From: Naegleria gruberi
Lineage: Eukaryota
NCBI GenBank assembly: GCA_000004985.1
Contig: GG738921.1
Direction: 5' to 3' (one strand)
DNA length: 64,000 nt
In this document: piece after piece, positions 53,764 to 63,395 of the stretch
How the letters are laid out: every line of letters begins with the position of its first letter
Numbering within the stretch: the stretch's first letter is position 1
The notes under the pieces: model-generated
The model's database searches: none
The model's input: the letters and a program-made list of their open reading frames with translations, nothing else
What the model was told of the DNA's origin: nothing
Translations under genes and position numbers: made by a program

Positions 53764-56270
53764 ACTTTATTTTGTTGATCTATGAAAAACCTGCTCTTTA
53801 CACATGTATTGGAACATTCAAGCAAGATAGATTGTGTCGAAGGAGTAATCAAGGAAAGGAAATAATCATAATCACTCCTTAGTTCTTCAGATGCGAATGC
53901 AAAATTGAGAGCTGAGGATGAAACAGCCATTCTAACAATATCCTTATCATTTCTTAATCTATTAGATGCGAAAGCTAAAGATGTTGAATCTGAACTGACT
54001 GCCAATTTGACAATTTCTTCTGTATCTCTTATTCTATCAGATGCATACTTTAGCAGCGAACCACTATTCTTCAAAATGAGAAGCATAAACTTTGTGTCAT
54101 CATTTAAATTCAATAACAATTTCTCAATAATATGGCTATCAATACTTTCATGAAACCGTAAAATAGAGGCAATAATTGACTGTGATAGATTTTGTGGATC
54201 TACATGTGCAAAAATTCTACCATGACGTCCACAAGAGGTTAAAATTGTATCCAGTAAATCTTCATCCTCATAATTGAGCATTTCAAAAGAAAAATTGTCG
54301 TATGGGTAGAAAACACCAGAATATATCTTGATGATATTCACGTGACTTGAATTAAAGTAGGCAAGGGATGCTTCTTGTAGCCGTTTCACAAAGGGAAGGT
54401 AAATCTCTCCCATATTGCAAAAAAAGTAATTCGTACCCTTAACTGATTTGGAGCATGGATCCATGCAATAGAGAGCATATTCACCATAATAATCCAATAA
54501 TTTTTCATTGAAATGATCTCCATAGATGGAAATAAAGTATTCTCTATCAAAAAATAGCATTGGATGAGCATATTGCAATGAGGGTTTCTTTTGTGATGGT
54601 GGCCTGAGCTGTTGATGAAGTAAGACAAGCTCGGTCTTGAATTCATCCTTTCCAAAAGAACGACAAATAATCATCTCATAAACTTTTTCCTCTCTAAATC
54701 CTTGTTTCAATGCCATATTTACACATTCCTTAATTATTTCAATGTTTCCCCTTAATGATCTCGAAAAATTTGCAAATGAGAGAGCATTTCTGCTTGTGGC
54801 AAATCTCATAAATTCTGAATTGTTCTTTAAATTATCAGAAGCAAACTCTATTATTCTCCAATCAATATCATACATCTGTTTGACAAATTCAAAGTCATCT
54901 CTCAATTCCAAAGTAGCACACTTAAAAAATGTATAGCTCCTTCTCACCAACAGTTCAATAAGATGATGATTAGATCTTAATTCTTTAGGAAATTGCATTG
55001 CCGTTTTTAAATCAAATGCTGGTAGAATTGATTTGATGAATTCTGCATTCTTCCTTATTGAATCACCAAATAAATTCAATATACTTCCATTTTTAGATAA
55101 AAGTTCTTTAGCAACAGAAATGGAATTACGAATCTCTTTCGATACAAACTCAATCAATTCGTGTTCCCTCTTCAATATTGGTAGTATCAAATCTAAATTG
55201 CTCCTCAATCTCTCAGATGCATATTTGAGGGCTTTTGGGTAGAGTCTTGTGACAATTTGTAAAATCTCCTCGTCATCTACCTCAAAGGATCCATCAAAAA
55301 CATTTTTCAATACACCTAAATCATCTTTGGCATACCTGACTACTTCCTTGATGGTGAAAAATCGTTTTGGAATGAAAGAGGGTGGCAATAGCTCCTTCTC
55401 AACTACCATTCTCCAAAATTCTTCTCCTTGTGGTTGGTAGAGTTGTGAAAATTGCTTGTTGTTATCCTTGTTCATTACCAATTTGAGAGCTAGCTCTGAA
55501 TATATCTCCTTTTTAATCCATTTACATACGTTCAACTCTCCATTCTCCAGTGCAGTGCCTACTATCTCTGGGTCTGCTTTAAATTTTGAATTTGAATATC
55601 TGAGCACTGATCCGTAATATTTTACAGCTTGTAACACCAATTCCCTATTCGACTTGATTTCTTTTGCCTTCTTTTTCAATTCTGTATCATTTCTCAATTT
55701 TTCACACGTCACATATTTGAATATTCTTGTAGTAAACCTAAACAATCCAACAATTCCCAACTCATCCTCATCAGAAAAATCAATTTTTCTCCTCACTTTC
55801 TGCAAATCATTTCCACACTCAGATAAATCCAAAGCAGCTTCCAATAATTCTCTATCAGATCGTAACTCTTTACTGGCAGAACGAAAGCAAACCTGATGCT
55901 CCTTCACCACACTCATCATAAACTGCCTATCACTCGTCAATTGCTGTGATGCATATCTAATCAACCACCCTCTCAACATGATCAATTTCTTCATAAATCC
56001 AAAATCATTATTTTCAATCAATGGAAATCTTTTCACAAAACATCTCACCGAATAATTATCCTCACACTTTTTCAAACATTCAATATATTCCATCTTTTTT
56101 TTAAATAATGCTAATTGATCAATTAATCGGAATTTTCGTAATTTGTGGAAATTAATATTGTGTGAGTAGAGGTTGGAATTCTTGCATGGTTCCGAGAGGT
56201 CATCGAGTAGAATAATAACTGGTTCTCGCCATGATGATGATGGTACCATCATTGGCATGGTTGTGTCCAT
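53760..56270 (-). CDS. DUF4116-repeat protein (836 aa).
   Basis: It has at least 6 copies of the roughly 35-aa DUF4116-type motif, e.g. NRELVLQAVKYYGSVLRYSNSKFKADPEIVGTAL and TEEIVKLAVSSDSTSLAFASNRLRNDKDIVRMAV. Single ORF from an ATG. Confidence 0.55.
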   Translation of the reverse strand: MDTTMPMMVPSSSWREPVIILLDDLSEPCKNSNLYSHNINFHKLRKFRLIDQLALFKKKMEYIECLKKCEDNYSVRCFVKRFPLIENNDFGFMKKLIMLRGWLIRYASQQLTSDRQFMMSVVKEHQVCFRSASKELRSDRELLEAALDLSECGNDLQKVRRKIDFSDEDELGIVGLFRFTTRIFKYVTCEKLRNDTELKKKAKEIKSNRELVLQAVKYYGSVLRYSNSKFKADPEIVGTALENGELNVCKWIKKEIYSELALKLVMNKDNNKQFSQLYQPQGEEFWRMVVEKELLPPSFIPKRFFTIKEVVRYAKDDLGVLKNVFDGSFEVDDEEILQIVTRLYPKALKYASERLRSNLDLILPILKREHELIEFVSKEIRNSISVAKELLSKNGSILNLFGDSIRKNAEFIKSILPAFDLKTAMQFPKELRSNHHLIELLVRRSYTFFKCATLELRDDFEFVKQMYDIDWRIIEFASDNLKNNSEFMRFATSRNALSFANFSRSLRGNIEIIKECVNMALKQGFREEKVYEMIICRSFGKDEFKTELVLLHQQLRPPSQKKPSLQYAHPMLFFDREYFISIYGDHFNEKLLDYYGEYALYCMDPCSKSVKGTNYFFCNMGEIYLPFVKRLQEASLAYFNSSHVNIIKIYSGVFYPYDNFSFEMLNYEDEDLLDTILTSCGRHGRIFAHVDPQNLSQSIIASILRFHESIDSHIIEKLLLNLNDDTKFMLLILKNSGSLLKYASDRIRDTEEIVKLAVSSDSTSLAFASNRLRNDKDIVRMAVSSSALNFAFASEELRSDYDYFLSLITPSTQSILLECSNTCVKSRFFIDQQNKV

Positions 56271-56321
56271 CTCTTGCTTTATTTTTTTTAAAATTCTGTT
56301 TACAAAGAATTATTTAATGAA

Positions 56322-56438
56322 ATAATCCACTTCCAAGTACCCAAATGTTCATGACATATATAATAATGATGATGACAGGTTTAAAGTTCCCCAAAATTAT
56401 TTCCATGAACATTTGAGTACTTGGAAGTGGATTCTCAT
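56322..56438. repeat. Imperfect inverted repeat: about 32-bp arms with about 30/32 matching, separated by a 50-bp spacer.
   Basis: Arm 1 is ataatccacttccaagtacccaaatgttcatg. Arm 2 is catgaacatttgagtacttggaagtggattctcat. It lies between the DUF4116 gene start and the stop of the 56435-57522 gene. Confidence 0.6.
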
Positions 56439-57522
56439 CTTTGCATTTCAGTACTGTGTGAAATACAAGTATAGCCAGTGAGTATCATTATTTTAATTGG
56501 ATCGATAGTTCTATTCCATTCCAATAAGATACTCTCCTGAAAAACTTTAGTTTCATTTAGTCTCTTTAGGGCGCTTGTTTTAACAATGGATGCATTTTGT
56601 AATCGATGTAAAATGATTAGATTTTCAATGGATTTCTGTGCATTTTCAATGGAAATCTCAATTTCACCTCTTTTTAAATCAATCTTGTTGATTACGAAAA
56701 CTATCGAAAAAGAGTTTCGTTTTTTAAAACGAATTATATCACAAAGAATCTTGTTTAAACTTTGGACTGAATCCTTTTGATCCAAGCTACAAACAAGCAC
56801 GAAACACGACTGTTCCGTACACATTTTCCTAACTTCTTCTTCTCTTTTTTCCTTTTCGTCTTGCACTTCATAATAATCTTTTTCCATTATTAGAATGTTA
56901 AAATTACATTCAAATTATATTTTCGTACCTAGTTCTTTAACTCTAATAGTCAATTCTACACCATCAATCTCTAATTTTATCCTCCTTGAAGACAATATCT
57001 TCCTATTAGGCGATCTATCAAATAATCCATCAGCAACTCGCCTCACAATACACCTCTTTCCAACATTGTCAATTCCCAAAAGAAGAGCAAACATTTCCTT
57101 TTCTGGTTTGGATTTCATCCTTAATTTTCTCTTCATGCACGAAATTAAAACTTTTCTTCGCATTGAAACCTTTGGATTGGAAAGAATTTTGTAAATTGCT
57201 TCAAACTCATGATGGTGTTGTCTGAAATAGAGTGTATCCTTCATTTCCTTTTTCTGTTTCAAATTCTGTACATCTTTCCAGGTTTCCATGTCCAATTCCT
57301 TGTCCACATCACATTCATATCTAAACAATTTAAATTTCATCATGAAATAATTCCACCAAAACTCATCAAAATAATCATCAAGATCCTGCATATGCATTGC
57401 ATATTAAACATATCCCAATGATACCCAAGAATATCCAAATCATCATCTTGATCATTCCTAATAAACTTCATTATCAAGAGAAGAATTTCTGGAGGTAAGG
57501 AAGTAAAAAGTTCTCGTTTCAT
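56435..57522 (-). CDS. F-box-like N-terminus fused to a divergent Ras-like GTPase. There is a 51-nt intron (56878-56928) and a frame break near 57400.
   Basis: ORF 57340-57522 begins MKRELFTSLPPEILLLIMKFIRND (F-box pattern). ORF 56915-57397 carries the G1-like LLGIDNVGKR. Donor cta g|GTACGA and acceptor aaaaag|at restore the frame across an in-frame TAA. The 3' exon has NKID (G4) and TSAL (G5). The F-box and GTPase ORFs overlap in different frames. Confidence 0.45.
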
Positions 57523-57712
57523 TTTTTTTTAGAAAAGTTCATCGGGTTTGAGGCATTTAAAAAAAATGAGGTACAAACTTTGATTTATATATAGCTCAAT
57601 ATAAATTATTAAAATTCAAAAATTGAGAATATTGTATAATGGTATGCCTAGGTTACAATTTGAAACAATGAGTGACTCAATTGTTATGATGATTAAAAAT
57701 TAATGTTATGAC

Positions 57713-58099
57713 TGCGTCGACCGGGAATTGAAATTCCTTTTTAGGAATATTATATTTAATATTTAAATAGTTTACAATATTGAATAATGAACAACGTGTA
57801 AATGTGTTGAAGTAGGGTACCCGTGAGTCGATTCACCATATTTGGAAAGGTACCATTCAAGAACAACAACAATAAATGTATTTAATATTAATTATTTGAT
57901 ACCGGGAGTCGCTTTTCCTTTTTGGGAATGTTGTATGTGTGTTATAAACTGGTCGACGCATTTAAAATTTTTTAATTTTTTTAAAAAAATGAAATTGGGT
58001 AACGGGAGACGGTTTACTATATATGGAACATTCAAACATACAATTGAACCCGGGTCACGGCGATGGCAACGCCGTATTCTACCACTAAACCATCGACGC
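57713..58099 (-). pseudogene. tRNA-Gly(GCC) gene split by a 309-bp insertion in the T-loop.
   Basis: The 5' part (58099-58042) is gcgtcgatggtttagtggtagaatacggcgttgccatcgccgtgacccgggttcaatt, which includes the anticodon GCC. The 3' part (57732-57713) is ttcaattcccggtcgacgca. The 7-bp ttcaatt is duplicated at both junctions. Confidence 0.65.
57733..58041. mobile_element. 309-bp insertion within the tRNA-Gly(GCC) gene, flanked by a 7-bp target-site duplication (aattgaa on the plus strand). It is AT-rich, non-coding, and contains short tRNA-like and palindromic motifs.
   Basis: Direct repeats at 57726-57732 and 58042-58048 lie exactly at the break in tRNA continuity. Internal ttcctttttaggaa and ttcctttttgggaa palindromes each sit next to a ccgggagNcg motif. 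Confidence 0.45.
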
Positions 58100-58325
58100 T
58101 TCACGTTCATTTGGAATGAAATGAACATCTCAAGAACAATAATTGCTTATATTTTAATACTGGATTTTTGTGAAACAATTAATCCATGAATGTGCAAAGT
58201 TTAACCGACCAATGCTACTTTGTGCCTCGAATGTACTTCCAAATTCAAATGGTCCTGCCTCAAAAGATGCTTCCAAATTAAGCAACGGGACACAGTAGTA
58301 ACTTTTGATTACGTAACAAAACAAA

Positions 58326-59059
58326 ATGCCTCACGATCCTACTCGTCTTCAACATTTAATCAAAAACTATTACAAGTCAGACTTGGAAAAGATTCACAAG
58401 AATTATGAAAGAATTTGTGATAGATACAATTTGGAAAAGAAGGATTTTCTGAATGATGTCTCTCTGTACAATCATTGTGATTTACTGAGCGTTTCCAATA
58501 TTTATTCAACCATCAGGAACGAATCATTAAAGATTATTCCAGTAGACTATGTGGAAACCTTCAAGAAGAGAAAGAGAAATCAAAACACCACCACTTTAGG
58601 TGAAGACTCTGACGAAACAGAAGCAAAATCTGCCAAAACATCATCCGACAAGACCTGTGCTCACTGTGGTGGCTCCGAATTCATCTTTGTTTGTAATGGT
58701 AACAGTGATGGCATGTATTTGGAGTTTCCAAATGGTAGAACAGTCTCTGGACAAACTCCACAGCTGACAGCATTAACAGATGGTGATGGAGTTTCTCTCC
58801 ATGTTTGTGTTGGTAAGTTTTCTTCTTCATCACTGGAATGTAATATTGTTATTATTATTTGATGAAAATTCGTGATGATATCTTATGATGATGATTAAAA
58901 GGATGTGGAATGGTTCATGGATTCAACTCTACCCAACTCAAGAGAGATTTGGAAAGGTACGAATTTGCTCTGGAAGATATGAACGAAGCTGATCAAGATG
59001 AATTACTCTTCGAAGAGGATGACAACAACAACAGCAAGAATAAACTTTCACCATGTTGA
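58326..59059 (+). CDS. Zinc-ribbon protein with a Yippee/Mis18-like (Mss4-like fold) C-terminal domain. Two exons: 58326-58812 and 58902-59059.
   Basis: The exon join is g|GTAAGT to ttaaaag, in phase 1. The first CxxC is TCAHCGGSEFIFVC. The second CxxC is HVCVGCGMVHGF, spanning the intron. Acidic tail. Confidence 0.4.
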
Positions 59060-59268
59060 AGGAAAACAGACTTTACATAATTCACACTTGTTCATTGTAT
59101 CATTCCCCACTTCAACACCTTGAAGATAAATCTGTTGAATGTACCTGAAGGAAAATATCAACGTGTAATTCGTTAAAGAATATTTTATTTTTTTTCTAAA
59201 TTTTTAAAAAAAATCATCAACATTCGTAACGGTAACTTTTGTGGTTCCTGAAAGATTGGTCTTCAATT

Positions 59269-61159
59269 TTATTTACTATTCACCAAGACAGGACTAAAGT
59301 TACCCTTGAAAGAAACAATGAGTACAAAGGCAATAATCAAAAATACAAAATCTGTCCACAAAATAATTGATGGAGCTAGAGGAGTACACAATTGCAACAC
59401 ATTAATATAAACCATGAAGAGAATACTCCACAAAGTAGTCAATGTACTTGAAATGGTCATGGTCGTAGATGGATGAACTGGATAGGTCGTATAGACAATC
59501 ATTTGATTCAACAATGGCATTGTAGGTACTGAAAACATTCCGATCAATACAAAGGACATTCCAGACAAGACTAACAAGACATCATTCTTCTGCCACAACA
59601 TTAATATACAGAACCATAGGAAGGCTAAACAAGCAGAGGCACTGGTAATGATTGTGATGAGTTTGAATTGTTTGGTCTTATCAAAGAGGATACTCAACAC
59701 GATGGAGGAAATTGTAGCAAAGACAATCAAGATAATATTCAAATTACCAGAATCAATGGCTGTATACTTGTTACCCTTGATGATTTGTTCCAAAATATAG
59801 ATGGATTGGAAGAAGGAATTGATGAGTGTGGAAGCAGCTAATAACATGAAGAAGGATGGTAATCGGATCAACTTTTTCAAACCAAAGACAAATGTTTGAG
59901 GAGGATAAACATCTTTTGGTTCTTCTTGTTTTGTCTTGGATTGTTTGGTTTCAGCTGCTGATGTTTCAAGGTCTTGATTGGATAATGGTTCTTCAGCAGT
60001 GTTGGAACCTTCAGTTAGAGATTGTGTGAGGTCACCATTAAAGCCAGGATTGGATTCTTCTTTGGTTGGTTCTGGAGCTATAGCAGGTGGTGTAGGTGGC
60101 TTACTCTTAAAGAAGAGCAAAACAAGAAAAACACACAAGGTTGCCATTACTCCTTGAATTCCCAAAAAGATGCCAAGGCCCAAATCTGAAATCTTTAAAT
60201 CCTCTTCACTTTCACTTCCAATGGTCATGAGACGAGGTCCAACAAGATAGGACAAGAGACTTCCGAATACACCTGAGAACAAGACAACAACCTGCACAAC
60301 TGTTCTCTCCTTATTTCCAAACCAAAAGACTCCAAACAAGTCACCACATTGAGTAATGAATGGTTGTCCACATGCAATGAAGATTTGTCCAATTAATGAA
60401 AGCCAAAATGAAGTTTCATTTCCCTATTATCATTCAAATTGTGGAGGTTGAATATGTGTAAAAAGGATATGTGAAATGTATGAAAACTTACTTGAATACC
60501 AATTAATCTAATCCATGCACCAATACATGTCAGTATAGAATATATAGAAACACTCCATTTTAAACCAAATCGTTTCAGAACGAATGAAACTAGAAAAGTA
60601 ATTGGAATAGTTGCAATTAAAAAGACCAAAGAAGTCATATTAATCTTCCAATTAGCATCAAGGCGGTAAAACTTCATCAATAGAGTTCTAATAGCATGGA
60701 CAATTTCATTAGGACACCACAAATTACTTTTGTTACTAGTACTCACCCTGAAGTTGTATAGGTCGACATGCAAATAATAGAAGTGACCATACATAATGCA
60801 AATATTGCTAATTGAAACCATCTTCTAATGTATAATTTAGGTTCTTGAGTTTGTTCTTGTTGTTGATGTTGACTCGGAAGAGGGGAGGACAAAATCTCTT
60901 CCTGTTGTTGTTCATCTTGTGCCTGCAAGCTACCATTATTAAGGGATGGATAGGAACCATCAAGCTCCTCTTTATATTGCAGAGTTTGATGAGGTTGCCT
61001 TCTCTCATCAAGGAGTTGTTCCCCGACATCTACTTCATATTGGTGATCTTTCATCATGCGACACTGCTGAATGGTGTAGTGAACTCTTTTTTTAAATAGT
61101 GAAATCATTTGTTGCTGGATCATCATTCTATCTCTCTTTGGATGTTTGTGCGCAGTCAT
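59269..61159 (-). CDS. MFS transporter, FLVCR/MFS-7-like. Exons are 61159-about 60745, about 60744-60492, and 60423-59269. The frame break near 60745-60760 is more likely an indel than an intron.
   Basis: There is a 68-nt intron (donor caa|GTAAGT, acceptor gataatag) in phase 0. Collinear with FLVCR-type proteins (RRWFQLAIFAL...; GAWIRLIGIQ|GNETSFWLSLIGQIFIACGQPFITQCGDLFGVFWFGNKER). About 12 TM helices. Confidence 0.65.
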
Positions 61160-61395
61160 GATGATGTTGAGTTCTTCTTTGGGTGTGTGAATTGTTTATT
61201 AAGGAAGATTAAGGGGTTAGATTCTGCTTGAGGAGGAAGAGGATGAGGGTTTATTCAACTTTCCAATTATCATGGTTGGATGGGGGTGGTAGCGAGAAGG
61301 AAAAGGAATTATGATAGATCAAACAAAGCAGATATGTCCCATGTATGTTATCATGTTAAGATAAAGATGCATAATGGTGATGAAGATAACATTGT

Positions 61396-63188
61396 TCATC
61401 TCAGATAAATATCACCATTCTTTTTGAATAGCTGATAGAGGTAGGCATCTCTTTGAGGAATTGGAAAACCATTCCTTTCATTCTCCTTCAAGTATTTGAG
61501 TCCAAGCTTGTAGAATTTACTGGCTCGGTTGGTAATGACCTTGTCCATCATTAATTTTGGAATGGATCCTTTCATGTCAATATAGTAAATCTCATGGAAT
61601 TTAGTTTCATTTTCCGAGAGGGATTCAAAGAACCAACCGCCCACTACACATGCCTTAATGATTTTCTTTTTGGATTTCTCTTGTTTTTCATTGTGTAATT
61701 GGTGCTCTGGATTTTCTTCCAAACACAACGAGTCACAACTCTTGAATCCTATAATGTACAGATTGCTCACTCGATCGTGTACTGAGCTGGTGCAGACAAT
61801 GATTTCTCGATCCTTGATTGGCCAAATGAGTTTGTACTTTTCATGATTTATGACTGATGTGAAGAGTTTGTCCTTTGTTTGAATGTGAGGCTCTTCAACA
61901 TATTTCACCGTTTGAATATCATAAATGTACTCATCTATCTTTTGTCTATATTCTTGATTGGTAAAAGTTTTCAAAACTTGTTTTACATTGTAAGGAAAGA
62001 GAATTTCAAATTTGAAAAATTTCAATCCAACACTATTTCCAAAATCATACTTGTCTTTTGTAAAGTAGCACTTGTATTGTTTCTGATTGACTGCCAAAAT
62101 CCATTCTCTATTGTTGATAGTTTCTCCACAAAACACTTTTCTTTTAAGGAAGGCAAAATCACCAAGTGAAAAGTTTTGATTTTTCAAATCGGCCATTGAT
62201 TCAACAGCCATATACTCTATACCTTCTTTGAGGGTCCCAATTTCATGTAGAATATCAATGGTCTTGCCACTTTTTATCAAGTAATTATGAAACAAGTCAC
62301 TTTTCAAAAAACCATGGAAATAATTCAACTTGAGTGATTCGTGAATAAACATTTCAACCTTTCTAAACAAGTTTTCTGGATTATCGGCATGCTCTTGGAA
62401 ACACTTTTTGAATGAATTGATGGTTTTCTCTTTCAAAGTGTGTGGTAAATTGATTCTTTAGGTGAAATATTGCAAATGAAAGTTTCAATAATGCTATTGG
62501 CAATTTTCTCAACCTTTTCGAATTTTTCCATTGTTACAAAAGAGCTAGACATCCGATCGTAATTTTTGTCTGAAATGTTGTGTGGAATCATTACACCGTT
62601 GTGAGCTATTTCATCACTGTCAATGACATCTAGAAATGTCATTGAAATTCCATCATGTGACAGCTCATCCTCATGGGATTCAACAGATGAAAGAGAAACA
62701 TTGGAAATTACAGAAGAGGAAGTATTCTTTCCTTCAATCAGTGAAGGGGGATTGAAACTAGAGGGAGTGGACGAAACCAAATACTGTTTACATATAAATC
62801 TGTAATGTTTGGCGCTTTCCAAGAATTCTACAGCTTCTTCCATCTTTTTAGTTAGTAGAAACTGCTTAAATATCGAATAGATTTGTTTGTGAGTGATAAC
62901 TGCTTCGTAGCTGTAATGGAAATTCGAAAGATCTTGTTCATCAATCACTTTACTATTCGAATGTTGTTTTGATGAGGAAGATGCTGAAGATATATCATCT
63001 CTGGAATGCTCAATCTCATATCCCTCGTCTATATCAAGTAAATGTTGAGTGGAAAAGAATTTTCCTGGTAAATGTGAAGTTTGGCTGATAGTTGTGGACA
63101 TTGAAGACATGGGTAAAAGATCAAGGTGTGATGGTTCACTGTTGCTCTTGAAGGCAGAAGTGTGATGCATGGTTTGACTTGATGGCAT
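61396..63188 (-). CDS. Paralog of the 43989-45740 gene: RGS-box-like N-terminal motif, Ser-rich linker and START-like domain. There is a frame break at a T-run near 62437.
   Basis: RGS-like segment HKQIYSIFKQFLLTKKMEEAVEFLESAKHY. START-like C-terminus REIIVCTSSVHDRVSNLYIIGF...ACVVGGWFFESLSENETKFHEIYYIDMKGSIPKLMMDKVI. ORFs 62433-63188 and 61396-62436 abut; one extra T would fuse them as ...ESIYHTLLKEKTINSF. Confidence 0.5.
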
Positions 63189-63323
63189 TTTGTTTTTTCA
63201 AAGAAAAGTCATTTCAGTAAGTTTCGCCGTAAAGCAGGTTCTAATTGGTTAAATTTTGAAATCCTATTTAAGGCAAAAGACCGCCATTAGGTTATATCAG
63301 TGATTTTGAGATCTCAATCGTAA

Positions 63324-63395
63324 GCCGCTATAGCTCAGAGGAAGAGCTTCGATCTCCTAAGTCGAAGGTCGCCGGTTCGAGCCCGGCTAGTGGTA
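63324..63395 (+). tRNA. tRNA-Arg (anticodon CCT).
   Basis: GCCGCTATAGCTCAGAGGAAGAGCTTCGATCTCCTAAGTCGAAGGTCGCCGGTTCGAGCCCGGCTAGTGGT+A. The cloverleaf is good, with acceptor G-U pairs and a T-loop of TTCGAGC. Confidence 0.8.

Noticed and set aside
59269-61159. A 20-nt 'intron' (GTGAGT...aaaag) to join the first two MFS coding frames.
   Set aside because: It is far shorter than any supported intron here. A single-base indel is more parsimonious.
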